Shown here in pieces: positions 1 to 9,268 of a DNA stretch of 64,000 bases. A program made the translations under genes and the position numbers. The stretch is from a virus (Duplodnaviria > Caudoviricetes): IMG/VR virus record IMGVR_UViG_2576861733_000002, positions 1 to 64,000 of that record; one strand, 5' to 3'. Within the stretch, counting starts at the first letter, position 1. Each line of letters starts with the position of its first letter. Below the pieces are notes generated by a model, which saw nothing but the letters and a program-made list of their open reading frames with translations, did not search any database and was not told the origin of the DNA.

Positions 1-1221
1 TCATGATCCTGACTGGATGGTATTAAGTTTCTTTTCCAGCTCATCAAGGCGGGACATAAGCGCAAGAATGGCCTCGTGATGCAACGCGGCCGCAACGCCT
101 GAAGTGTCCACTCCAAGAACGCCCTCAACGAGGGTGCCATCAGTTAACGTCCTGTCCTGCCCCACATAAACGCTACCCGGGAAAACCTTCTGCACGTCCT
201 GAGCGATAAAACCAAGACCACCGGCATAACCATCAAGACGATCCCACGATACGCCACGAAGTTGCATCATTTTCCCAAGCGGATCTTCTATCCGCTGGAT
301 ATTGGTTTTAATACGCTCATCCGAGTTATTCACCCACTGCCCTGGAGCGGTTGCAGATCCGCCGCCGTCAAATGTATAAGATGCCCCACGGATAAAACTA
401 CCTGTATTACCGTACAGAGCAACGTTCAGTGTTCCAAAGGCGTTTGTCTGGCCCCATGTATAGTTCCCGACCAGACTTGCAATAGCACGGTCAATGCCAG
501 CAATGTTATGGATCGACTCAACCGGGAAGCCTGTAAGTGCTGTTCCGGTAGAAGGTTCTGCCGCTGTTCTTCGCCTTGCAGAAGTATTACCAGTGACATC
601 AACACTTGAAGTTATCTGGCCGCCAGTTTTACCCGCAACTGTATTGAGGCGCGAATCATTACCCTGGCAGAAAGTGTCCGCCGCCGTACCAAACGGACTG
701 TTTGAGCCTGTTCCGCCCTGCGCTTTCGACAGCGGCGTCGTCAGTCCACTGAGGCTGGTAATATCGCTGTTCGCGCCTTTTGCGGCTTTAGCATTAACCT
801 GAGTAGATAAGGAATTCAGTTGAGTTGTAAACGAATTCCACGCCGGTCCTGTAAAAGTGCTACCGTCAGGTAAAGTAACTGTGATATTACCAGTGCCGCT
901 AAAAAGCTGTTGCCAGTTCTGCTTATCGTAATTAAGGCCGCGCAGGGCTTCGGTGTTCTGTACCACCATCGCGGCGGATACAAGACTCATTGCAATTCTT
1001 GGCAGTGCGTACCAGCCAGCACCAGACTGAGTTGCCCCTGTAAAGAAATCAACCAATGTTACTGACGTATTACTGTTTACAGATAAGACAGGCAATGTAT
1101 ACGCCAGCCCTCCGGCAGTAGTAACAATGTGATCCCCGGCGGCCAGTTCTGTAAGAAACGACGTTCCGTTACCGACTACTGCTGTGGAATTATGTGTTAG
1201 GGTGATTGTTCCTGCTGACAT
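1..1221 (-). CDS. Side tail fiber with C-terminal intramolecular chaperone (peptidase S74-like)
   Basis: Tail-fiber-type N-terminus MSAGTITLT, GANSDITSLSGLTTPLS segment, SDERIKTNI autocleavage motif followed by a coiled coil; lies downstream of J. Confidence 0.85.
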   Translation of the reverse strand: MSAGTITLTHNSTAVVGNGTSFLTELAAGDHIVTTAGGLAYTLPVLSVNSNTSVTLVDFFTGATQSGAGWYALPRIAMSLVSAAMVVQNTEALRGLNYDKQNWQQLFSGTGNITVTLPDGSTFTGPAWNSFTTQLNSLSTQVNAKAAKGANSDITSLSGLTTPLSKAQGGTGSNSPFGTAADTFCQGNDSRLNTVAGKTGGQITSSVDVTGNTSARRRTAAEPSTGTALTGFPVESIHNIAGIDRAIASLVGNYTWGQTNAFGTLNVALYGNTGSFIRGASYTFDGGGSATAPGQWVNNSDERIKTNIQRIEDPLGKMMQLRGVSWDRLDGYAGGLGFIAQDVQKVFPGSVYVGQDRTLTDGTLVEGVLGVDTSGVAAALHHEAILALMSRLDELEKKLNTIQSGS

Positions 1222-1237
1222 ATTGGCTCCGGACAAT

Positions 1238-1259
1238 AAAAAAACCGCCGAAGCGGTTT
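1238..1259 (-). terminator. Rho-independent terminator after cor
   Basis: AACCGC-cgaa-GCGGTT hairpin with an A-run on + (U-tail on -). Confidence 0.7.
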
Positions 1260-1277
1260 CCTGTTATTTGATTTCTG

Positions 1278-1514
1278 CTATTTGCAGGTTGAGGCGGTAA
1301 AGTTATTTTTGTTTACCCATCGCCAGTTAAACGGGTCACCCGCTTTATATTCAGTCTGATTTGCAATGACACGCACACCATAAATCTGCACCGTCTGAGG
1401 AAAACCACCCAGCATTGCAGTTGCCTGACATACGGGCTGTTGTTTTTCCAGAAGGGGGGCTGAACAGCCTGATAAAATAATTGCCAGTAAAAAAACAGAA
1501 AACACAGCTTTCAT
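1278..1514 (-). CDS. cor: Cor superinfection-exclusion outer-membrane lipoprotein
   Basis: 78 aa, lipobox LSGC, QTVQIYGVR...YKAG.PFNWRWV signature, position next to the tail fiber as in phi80/N15/HK022. Confidence 0.85.
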   Translation of the reverse strand: MKAVFSVFLLAIILSGCSAPLLEKQQPVCQATAMLGGFPQTVQIYGVRVIANQTEYKAGDPFNWRWVNKNNFTASTCK

Positions 1515-1597
1515 TTAATTATCTCCGGAGGTAATTGTTAATTAAATTACCCCTGCCGGGAAAATACCGAAAATAGATTTAACATATCAATTAAAAG

Positions 1598-1632
1598 AAA
1601 ACGATCGATTAAAACGATCGATTAAAACGATC
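1598..1632. repeat. 13-bp tandem repeat (AAAACGATCGATT) giving three GATC sites upstream of cor
   Basis: GATC at 1603, 1616 and 1629. Confidence 0.85.
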
Positions 1633-1635
1633 ATA

Positions 1636-2310
1636 TTAATCATAGGCATCTGTTTTTATCGCGATGATTGCATTCCCGTTATTTGTATTACCGACGACTG
1701 AACCTGAAGCGTTACTGCTGGATGCCGCGCTTATTCGGGAAGCTGATCCATTGTATCTGCATCCGGTGTACGCGGTGGCTGCAATTACCTGCGGCTGACC
1801 CTGTACCATTACTTGTATCAGCGTTGAACCCAGAATACCAGGACACACGGCATAGCTTCCGCTCAGTGTCTGGTCTATGTTTATGCCGCCGTTGCTGCCT
1901 GGTGTACCGATTGTAACCAGATCACTTAACACCCGGCTTTCGTTGGTTAATACCAGCTGGCCAGCAGCATCCCATATTGCGAACCCCCATTGCGGCAGGG
2001 GTTGAGGGAAAATAGCGAAGATGTAAGCGGTCAGCCGATGGGCTTGCCCATAGGGATTGCTTGAACCGACCCCTATATTGCCGCCGGACCTTATTGCGCT
2101 GACGTATGTCGGCTGGGCTGTGTCACTTGTCCGGCAGAAAGCGATGGCTGAATATGACGCGTCAAGGGGTATTGATGCGGATGCGCCGTGAGCTGTCCCG
2201 TTAGCAACAGAATCAACCACCACTTTTCTGTATAAACAAAAAGGGGTGGATTGCGGCGTTACAAATGGATTTCCATTATCCATCAATATCATCGCCCCAT
2301 AATCAACCAT
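1636..2310 (-). CDS. Tail-tip-associated protein (DUF6453-like)
   Basis: 224-aa ORF between J and cor; YGAMI...PFVTPQSTPF start is typical of this lambdoid gene. Confidence 0.6.
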   Translation of the reverse strand: MVDYGAMILMDNGNPFVTPQSTPFCLYRKVVVDSVANGTAHGASASIPLDASYSAIAFCRTSDTAQPTYVSAIRSGGNIGVGSSNPYGQAHRLTAYIFAIFPQPLPQWGFAIWDAAGQLVLTNESRVLSDLVTIGTPGSNGGINIDQTLSGSYAVCPGILGSTLIQVMVQGQPQVIAATAYTGCRYNGSASRISAASSSNASGSVVGNTNNGNAIIAIKTDAYD

Positions 2311-2613
2311 TTAACTTTTCTCCATAAAAATGACAAGTTCACATTCCGATGCGGGGTAATTGCCGACTCCGGTATCGCTGGCTGGCTGAATGGTTATGGT
2401 ATTGCCAGAGGCTGTTATCCGGCGGCCTACCCCCACGGCTCCTTTGTCAAGGGAGGGAACAAAATTGACTTTCATTCCTGCCGGGACAGTGAATGAATAT
2501 GTTCCGGTGGTCTGTCCCTGTGAAAGTTTAATAATCCCCACCACTGAAACAGGCTTAATGCCATAGTTATTAGGGACGCCGTTAGCGTCCCACGTTTGTA
2601 TCCCCCACACCAT
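2311..2613 (-). CDS. Small tail-tip-associated protein
   Basis: 100-aa ORF coupled to the end of J, WGIQTWDANG start. Confidence 0.6.
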   Translation of the reverse strand: MVWGIQTWDANGVPNNYGIKPVSVVGIIKLSQGQTTGTYSFTVPAGMKVNFVPSLDKGAVGVGRRITASGNTITIQPASDTGVGNYPASECELVIFMEKS

Positions 2614-5600
2614 CAGAACACCCCGGTTAATTTCCCGACCTGAACACGTAATACGCCATTCCCGTCTTTAACACTCTGGGTGACGTTCGTTATCTTCATC
2701 GCCCCCTCACCAGACACTGCTCCATTCATCTCAAACGTCCCATCAGCTTTCATGATTGTGCCGGTCTGGCCCGCGACATAGTTAGAAGAACGGAGTTCGC
2801 CAATTTTCGCGAGAGTGATAGCCGCGTACTGAATGAAGGCATCGCTGATAAATACCTGCCCGTTGACCACAGCGAACGGTGAATACTGTGTGTCGCCGCT
2901 GCCGCTCATCAGTACAAACTGATTGGCATTGAAGCCCACCCGCGTGACAACTGGCTGGCCAGCCTGCGCCAGCACGGCGATCGACATTCCGGCGTTATAC
3001 ATCACGCCATTTATACGAACCCCGGTTTTCAGTGTATAGATAGCCGTTGCGCCGTCTCCATCCACCACCGCAGTGAGCTTATCCTCCAGCGCTGCGGTGA
3101 CATCGCCAATCTGCGCCTGCACCTGGGTGGACAGTTCAGCCATAGCGTTACCGACTTCTGCTATGGTCGTTTTTACGACCAGAATGTCAGCGCGCACCTC
3201 ACCGTATTGCGCCCACTGGTGCTCAATGGCACTGTGGGCAGCCAGCGCATCCTGCATGATCCCTTCAAGGTTAGTGTTAATGCCGCTGGTCAGCCGGTCG
3301 CCGTCGGCAGATGTGAGGAAGCCATCACCAATCCCCTCCAGATAGTCAGCGGCCTGGTCGTTTGCCATCCCCCTGATCCAGTCGGTATAGCCCGATTCGT
3401 TGCCGGTTTTATCGACCAGTTGCGCGCGGTACCAGAATTCCTGCCCGGCTTTCAGTCCGAGCTGGGTGTATTCTGCCTGCGGGTAAGGCACATCGGAGAG
3501 CAGCAGCGGATCTGAAAAATCACTGTTGGCCGTGTACTGAATTTCCGTTTTCAGCGTATCGGCGGTGTTGGCCGGGAATCCCCAGTTGAGACGGATACCC
3601 CAGTTAATACCTGTCGCCATAAAACCAACCGGCTTCGGCGGATTGCCTTCTTTTCCGGTCAGCGTCGTTTCGGTTGAGTATCCCCAGCCACTGGAGATTT
3701 CAGCGGCGTTGATGGCACGCACGCGCACCAGATAGCGTCCCGCATAAATGCCCGGTACTTCAAACGAGGTGGTGGAGCTGCGCGGCACATTAACCCAGTT
3801 GCCATCGTTGCGGCGCCACTGCGCCTCATAAGCAATAGCATTGGCCGTATCAGTCCATGAAACGCGCATGGTCTGAACGCTGATCCCCTGATTCACCACG
3901 GAATAACTGCCGATCACGATATCATCGGGCGAGGACTGGCTGCCCGGCGGCACGACACTGACAGGACGACTGTCGATAATGGCTCCGGTATCAATGCGGG
4001 CATATTTGTCCGGATCGTGAGCCGCGCCGGTAATGGTAAACGTGCCATCATTATTGTCAGTGACACTGACCACCCGGTATTGCTGGGCATACAGCTCGTC
4101 GGATTCCACAATCCAGACGCTTTCCGCTTCCGGCGTTTCGCTGTAAGCAGTGGTCACGGTGACCACTTTTCCATTAACGCTCTGAATGGTGCGGCTCTGC
4201 GCAGCACCGGAAGGCAGGTTGAGGAACAGTCGATCACCGGCAACAGCATCAGGCGTTCTGTCCAGCGTGATCACCCGGCCATTCACCACACTGATACGCC
4301 CGCCGGTAACTTTTCCCGACAGGTTCTCATCAGCAACAGCGATAATGTATCCAGGCTGTGGGATCATGCCATCCAGCCCAACGGAGAAAGAAACCACCCG
4401 GTCTTTGTTGTTGGTGAGGATCCCCCAGCGCCCTTTTCGGTTCGCTTCAGACTGGCGGGTACAGCCGATCGCCGTCATTTCAAGCTGGTTAAAGCCTTTG
4501 TAGCGGGAGACCAGTTCCTGCTCAAAAACAGGCTCCATCGCATCAGCATAGCCGTTATCAGGATCAGAATAAGAAACCAGCGCGCTGGTATAACGGTTTT
4601 TTGTCGTGCTACTGCTGTAGCTGAATCGGCCGTCAATGACGTTTGCTCTGGTGTAGCTGTAATCGACATCGCGCGGCATATCCGCCAGGGTAACAATCTG
4701 GTTACCGCCCCAGTAGGTCATGCCACGGAAGATAGCGGCGAAGTCACGCAACACCGTGTAAGCATCGTTGCGATCCTGAACATAGACGTTACAGATATAG
4801 CGTGGTTCGGTGCCGCTGCCGCCTTTACCATCCGGCACCGGCGCATCGCAATACTGCGCCACCTGATAGAGCGTCCATTTATCGATATTCTCAGCCGTCA
4901 GGCGATCACCCAGGCCGAAACGGTCCGAGACGACCAGATCGTAAAATATCCATGCAGGGTTATCGGTCCATGCCCATTTAAATGCACCGGACCATGTGCC
5001 ACTGTAGGCGCGCGTTTCCGGGTTGTAATTGTCCGGCACGCGGATCACGCGACCGCGTGGCTCACAGGAAATCTGCGGAATGGAGCCGTTGAACTGGCTC
5101 GAGTCAAATTCAATATAAAGCAACGCGGTGTTGGGATAGCGCAGTTTGGCGTCGATAACTTCCGTGTAGCTCTGGAGCGTCATCGTGTCGCCGATTTTTG
5201 CGCTGTTGGCGTCAGCGGTAATTTTCCTTACCCGCACTGTCCAGGATGTGGCACCGGAAGGCAGATCGATACGATGGCTGCGTTCATATCCTGATGTGGT
5301 TTTCCCGCTGACCGCGGTGTTAATTTTCGTGACAAACGCCCCACCATCCACCTGCAGATCAATCGCGTACTGAACCTGGTTACCCACCAGATCGCCGTCA
5401 TCTTCTTGTTTAAAGAGTGACGCCCATTTCAGGCGCAGGCGTACCGCAGAAAGCTGAGAGTTGGTAAATGTGTGCGTCCAGGCCACTGAGCTTTTAATCT
5501 CAATGCCGGTGCTGATCTCGTTCTCCGTACCCGGAATGCCCTGGATATAACTTTGCGCCTGGTCTCCCGGGCGAAACTCCCACGTCACTCCGCTGAAATT

Positions 5601-5798
5601 CGATGAGCCATTGGCATTCAGCAGCGGCGTACCGTCAAGAAAAATACTCTGGCCGGTAAGTTGCCCGGAAAACTCGCCCTCCCCCAGAGCGACAAGAATC
5701 TTCGCTTTCGCGACAGACTGGAGATCGTCAGGCTGTTCTGTGGGTGTGCGGGAACTGGAGCTGCCGCCTTTGCGACCCTGAATTTTCTTGTTTGCCAT
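2613..5798 (-). CDS. Central tail fiber / host specificity protein J
   Basis: 1061 aa, GRKGGSS start, LGEGE, WAWTDNPAW, FnIII-like repeats, C-terminal LRVQVG. Confidence 0.95.
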   Translation of the reverse strand: MANKKIQGRKGGSSSSRTPTEQPDDLQSVAKAKILVALGEGEFSGQLTGQSIFLDGTPLLNANGSSNFSGVTWEFRPGDQAQSYIQGIPGTENEISTGIEIKSSVAWTHTFTNSQLSAVRLRLKWASLFKQEDDGDLVGNQVQYAIDLQVDGGAFVTKINTAVSGKTTSGYERSHRIDLPSGATSWTVRVRKITADANSAKIGDTMTLQSYTEVIDAKLRYPNTALLYIEFDSSQFNGSIPQISCEPRGRVIRVPDNYNPETRAYSGTWSGAFKWAWTDNPAWIFYDLVVSDRFGLGDRLTAENIDKWTLYQVAQYCDAPVPDGKGGSGTEPRYICNVYVQDRNDAYTVLRDFAAIFRGMTYWGGNQIVTLADMPRDVDYSYTRANVIDGRFSYSSSTTKNRYTSALVSYSDPDNGYADAMEPVFEQELVSRYKGFNQLEMTAIGCTRQSEANRKGRWGILTNNKDRVVSFSVGLDGMIPQPGYIIAVADENLSGKVTGGRISVVNGRVITLDRTPDAVAGDRLFLNLPSGAAQSRTIQSVNGKVVTVTTAYSETPEAESVWIVESDELYAQQYRVVSVTDNNDGTFTITGAAHDPDKYARIDTGAIIDSRPVSVVPPGSQSSPDDIVIGSYSVVNQGISVQTMRVSWTDTANAIAYEAQWRRNDGNWVNVPRSSTTSFEVPGIYAGRYLVRVRAINAAEISSGWGYSTETTLTGKEGNPPKPVGFMATGINWGIRLNWGFPANTADTLKTEIQYTANSDFSDPLLLSDVPYPQAEYTQLGLKAGQEFWYRAQLVDKTGNESGYTDWIRGMANDQAADYLEGIGDGFLTSADGDRLTSGINTNLEGIMQDALAAHSAIEHQWAQYGEVRADILVVKTTIAEVGNAMAELSTQVQAQIGDVTAALEDKLTAVVDGDGATAIYTLKTGVRINGVMYNAGMSIAVLAQAGQPVVTRVGFNANQFVLMSGSGDTQYSPFAVVNGQVFISDAFIQYAAITLAKIGELRSSNYVAGQTGTIMKADGTFEMNGAVSGEGAMKITNVTQSVKDGNGVLRVQVGKLTGVF

Positions 5799-5852
5799 AT
5801 TGCGCCCATAAAAAAACCGCCCGGAGGCGGCTGTATTTAGAGATTAGATTTT

Positions 5853-6134
5853 TCAGTCCCAATGCTCGTTAGAGGCTTCATTGTCTAGCATTGCAGCGAT
5901 AATTCTTTTCTGGTCATCGGTGAAAGTATTCCAGACCAGCTTTAATGCGCTACTGGCATGGTTATGCCAGTTATGGACCGGTCCACCTTCACTCCAGGCA
6001 GGATTCTGCCAATCAAGGAATTTAGCATCGAAATATGCATCTGCAATATGGTCTTTTTTAGGTTTTTCTGGTTCAGAAATTAGTGCATTAACATTTGATG
6101 TATAAGATATTATTTTATCACCACGTAATTTCAT
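5853..6134 (-). CDS. Hypothetical moron between I and J
   Basis: 93-aa AT-richer ORF followed by a terminator hairpin at about 5810-5832. Confidence 0.6.
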   Translation of the reverse strand: MKLRGDKIISYTSNVNALISEPEKPKKDHIADAYFDAKFLDWQNPAWSEGGPVHNWHNHASSALKLVWNTFTDDQKRIIAAMLDNEASNEHWD

Positions 6135-6142
6135 TTATTCAC

Positions 6143-6751
6143 CTATTGCTGGTCTTCGACGTAAATACCGGCGGAAATAATTGCACCGCCGATACGGCGT
6201 TTACCATAAAGAAGCGGCACCGGATAACCCTGAGCAGCAGTATTTGTCACACCGCCGAATGCGTAAGAGGCCCTGTTATCGGCATCTTGTTTGCTGGCCA
6301 GTCCGGCGGTCTGCGGAGAAAGCATTTGTACCACCCCGCCCAGCATCATTACCGCACCCATTTTAGCCATACCGTAACCTACGGCTGACAGCGTGCCACC
6401 AGAAAAATAACCAATGACAACGCCAACAACCACCAGCACGGCCCCGAGAATGGTTTGCAATGCGCCAGCTTTTTTACTTCCCATTGTCACCGGAACAATG
6501 CGTATAACCTCCCCCGTTACCGGGAACCCCAGATCATCAACGCCTATATTTTTTTTGCCGCGAAAGACAGCATAAGTCAGCCCGCGCCGCTTACTGGATA
6601 TCATGAACTGCTCAAAGCCTTTTACCGTGGCAGCAAGCGCACGGGTTGCTTCATGAGTGGTACTTATTGAGCGATGGTGAACTTTGCCAAAAGTTTTACC
6701 GAGAATGCCGCCCAGTTCAATCCTTGTCATTATTTCTGCCATCGTGAACAC
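6143..6751 (-). CDS. Tail assembly protein I
   Basis: LGGILGKTFG, IRIVP, GYPVPLLYG...ISAGI motifs. Confidence 0.92.
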   Translation of the reverse strand: MFTMAEIMTRIELGGILGKTFGKVHHRSISTTHEATRALAATVKGFEQFMISSKRRGLTYAVFRGKKNIGVDDLGFPVTGEVIRIVPVTMGSKKAGALQTILGAVLVVVGVVIGYFSGGTLSAVGYGMAKMGAVMMLGGVVQMLSPQTAGLASKQDADNRASYAFGGVTNTAAQGYPVPLLYGKRRIGGAIISAGIYVEDQQ

Positions 6752-6812
6752 CTTTTAAAATTCAAAAGTAATAAAAAGACCCACTGATGAGCCCTTATAT
6801 GAAAAAGCTGGA

Positions 6813-7379
6813 TCAACCACTAATCTTGATAAGTTCTTTCTCAAGAGATTTTTCAAACTCATCGGCATAGTTATAGGGCATTTCAGATTTTAGCCTTTGT
6901 ATCTCATCCGAGTTCTTTGCCATTATAAATGATACAGTCTCACCGGGCATTGATTCGCATAAAGCACTGGCATACAACCTGACGTCACCATGGTTAATAG
7001 CCAGGACGTTGTTTTCATACCAAAGAAACTGAAATGGTCTTCCTTCTGGCGTTTTCGGCAAGGTCTTTTCTGGCGCTGTTTCGCGTTCCAGTTCTTTTCC
7101 GCAATGCTTACAAATTCTCGCCTGCCTTAATATTTTTTCAGCGCAATAGGGGCAGTTAATTTCATCTCGCTCTACAGTCTGATTACTCCCAAAAATTACT
7201 GATAAAATACCACCAAGGAATAAAACGCAACCAAGAATAAGGTAATTTTGCTTATCATTCATAAGCCCTAAATTATTAACTCTCCCGCCATAATTTGTAG
7301 TGACAGTAGTGTCCATAGAAATGGACAAAAATAAGATTATGACTCCTACTACCAGAAGAATTAACCCAAATTTTTTCAC
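6813..7379 (-). CDS. Membrane protein with zinc ribbon (moron)
   Basis: Two N-terminal hydrophobic helices, CPYC...CKHC ribbon, low GC, inserted between K and I. Confidence 0.7.
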   Translation of the reverse strand: MKKFGLILLVVGVIILFLSISMDTTVTTNYGGRVNNLGLMNDKQNYLILGCVLFLGGILSVIFGSNQTVERDEINCPYCAEKILRQARICKHCGKELERETAPEKTLPKTPEGRPFQFLWYENNVLAINHGDVRLYASALCESMPGETVSFIMAKNSDEIQRLKSEMPYNYADEFEKSLEKELIKISG

Positions 7380-7453
7380 GTCAGATACCTCAGTTAAGAT
7401 TTTATAAGCTTTATCGTTAGTACGAGAGCAATATGCTCTTAATTCGGCTCATG

Positions 7454-8164
7454 TTATCGCATCATGTCGAAGCGCAAAATCTTTACTGTTCTTTCTCTCC
7501 AGTATCCTCCCCAGGGCTCACGATTGCTCAGCCGTCCGTACAGATGGTGCAGCATCATATTGCCTTCCAGCAGGATCGCGGCATGGTTCCACTTACTGGC
7601 CTGCACCTGCATGATCAGCACGTCGCCGGGGGCTGGCGCGCCGGTCACTTCCCGGAATCCGCATTCGTACCAGTTGTCCTGGTATAAATTATCGGGATAC
7701 TGGTCTTCCCACCACGGATAATCGACCCGGTAATCAGGCAACTCAATTCCATGAGTCTGCCTAAACCAGCTCATCACCAGCCCCCAGCAGTCGTAAACGC
7801 CCAGCACAAACGGGCGCTCCAGCAGCGGCAGTTCGCCGCGCGGCAGGATGGTACGGAAATCGCCTTCCGGCCAGCTCACGATATGCCACGGCAGCGCACT
7901 CAGATCGCATTGCGCTTTGTCGGCCTCGCTGGGCTGGGTGGTTGCATCGGGGTGGCTATGCACGATAGCAATTACCGTGCCCCGGTCTTCTGCCGCAGCA
8001 TAGTCCTCCGGGCAGAGGACAAAATTGTCCTCCGGTTTTTCGGCAATATTGCGGCACGGAAAATAGCGCGCTACCCGGCCTTTCTGCACGACCAGGCCGC
8101 AGCACTCGCGGGGGTATTCGGCGGCCGCATGCGCCATGATGGCATCAATAATTTTCTGGCGCAT
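7454..8164 (-). CDS. Tail assembly protein K (JAB + NlpC/P60)
   Basis: YPRECCG, HSHPD, DCWGLV, NHAAI motifs. Confidence 0.93.
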   Translation of the reverse strand: MRQKIIDAIMAHAAAEYPRECCGLVVQKGRVARYFPCRNIAEKPEDNFVLCPEDYAAAEDRGTVIAIVHSHPDATTQPSEADKAQCDLSALPWHIVSWPEGDFRTILPRGELPLLERPFVLGVYDCWGLVMSWFRQTHGIELPDYRVDYPWWEDQYPDNLYQDNWYECGFREVTGAPAPGDVLIMQVQASKWNHAAILLEGNMMLHHLYGRLSNREPWGGYWRERTVKILRFDMMR

Positions 8165-8165
8165 A

Positions 8166-8921
8166 TCAGCTCCGGATCAGCGATGTGCCGGGGAATCCAC
8201 CAAACGACAGTTCATTATTTTCCCCGAAACGCAGTTTGCACCCTGTCAGCGTGCCGTTGCATTCATCCAGCGACGGGTCGCTTACCGGGTTATTGTGCTT
8301 ATCGAAATAGCGCGTCCCGGCGTAATCACAGCCGTTACCGGAACGGTACTGCCCGCGAATGCACCAGGTACAAAGCGAATGCAGCTGGCGCGTCGGGATC
8401 ATCAGTCCCTGCAAGTCCATCGGGCTGGAAAGCGTGAACTCCACGACCTCGTTTGTCTCGCTGCTTTTCGCATCGATGTACCAGACCTGCAACTTTTCCT
8501 GCAACGGGTCGGCAGTCGGGTTTCCCTCCGCAAAGTTCTGCGCGTCGAGGTACTGCGCCAGCGTGTCGTGGATGGTGACCTTTGCCTGCAGCATGTCATC
8601 GTAGGCAAGACACAGTGCGGTGATCGACGCATCGAGGTTAGCAACCGACAGTTTCGGTGATGCGCTGCTGCCGCTGGTTGAAACTTCAATCCCGTCCAGC
8701 TCATACGGCCAGGCTCTGTACTCGTTACCCTGCCACCAGATGGACTTCGCTGGCAGCAATGATTCATCGCCACCCGCAGCGATAATTTCCGCTTCCGTGT
8801 GAGGGATGTTGTGACTGTGAAAACGAAGAATATCGCCCACACCGAAAGCGGATCCGTCAACATCCAGGAGCCGGACCGCGTTGCCCGGTTCCAGTTTTTG
8901 ATAGTCGCTGTGTAAACTCAT
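8166..8921 (-). CDS. Minor tail protein L
   Basis: Cys cluster (CTW..YRSGNGC...C....GC) and terminal FGGFPG. Confidence 0.93.
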   Translation of the reverse strand: MSLHSDYQKLEPGNAVRLLDVDGSAFGVGDILRFHSHNIPHTEAEIIAAGGDESLLPAKSIWWQGNEYRAWPYELDGIEVSTSGSSASPKLSVANLDASITALCLAYDDMLQAKVTIHDTLAQYLDAQNFAEGNPTADPLQEKLQVWYIDAKSSETNEVVEFTLSSPMDLQGLMIPTRQLHSLCTWCIRGQYRSGNGCDYAGTRYFDKHNNPVSDPSLDECNGTLTGCKLRFGENNELSFGGFPGTSLIRS

Positions 8922-9268
8922 GGTGCAAATGCCTGCTCGAAGGTTGCAGTGATGGACATAACGTTCTGGCTTTTGACAACCTGCTGGAGGCTGTCAGCCT
9001 CAACACGCCAGAGCGCCAGCGCCCCGAAAGGTGGTTTAAAAGAAAAGGATTTGGTCTTATGCCTGCGCAGAAATGCATAAATTTCCAGCGCAGTTTCCGT
9101 ACGCCCGTTGAAGGAAAAATCAAACGTCAGCGATTCAGGATTGAGGCCATCGCCACTCACCTGGGCATAACCATCACCGAACTGGGCTTTTCTGACGTTG
9201 TCTTTACTTTTTATTGTGGGCTGCCCGGCTGACTGAATCGGCCAGGTAAAGGCCTCAATGGTCATCAT
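8918..9268 (-). CDS. Minor tail protein M
   Basis: FTW, FGDGYAQ...GLN, ATFEQ motifs. Confidence 0.92.
   Translation of the reverse strand: MMTIEAFTWPIQSAGQPTIKSKDNVRKAQFGDGYAQVSGDGLNPESLTFDFSFNGRTETALEIYAFLRRHKTKSFSFKPPFGALALWRVEADSLQQVVKSQNVMSITATFEQAFAP

Noticed and set aside
4017-5294. 425-aa plus-strand ORF and similar long antisense ORFs across the structural genes
   Set aside because: They lie opposite well-supported phage genes in GC-rich DNA and show no recognisable motifs.
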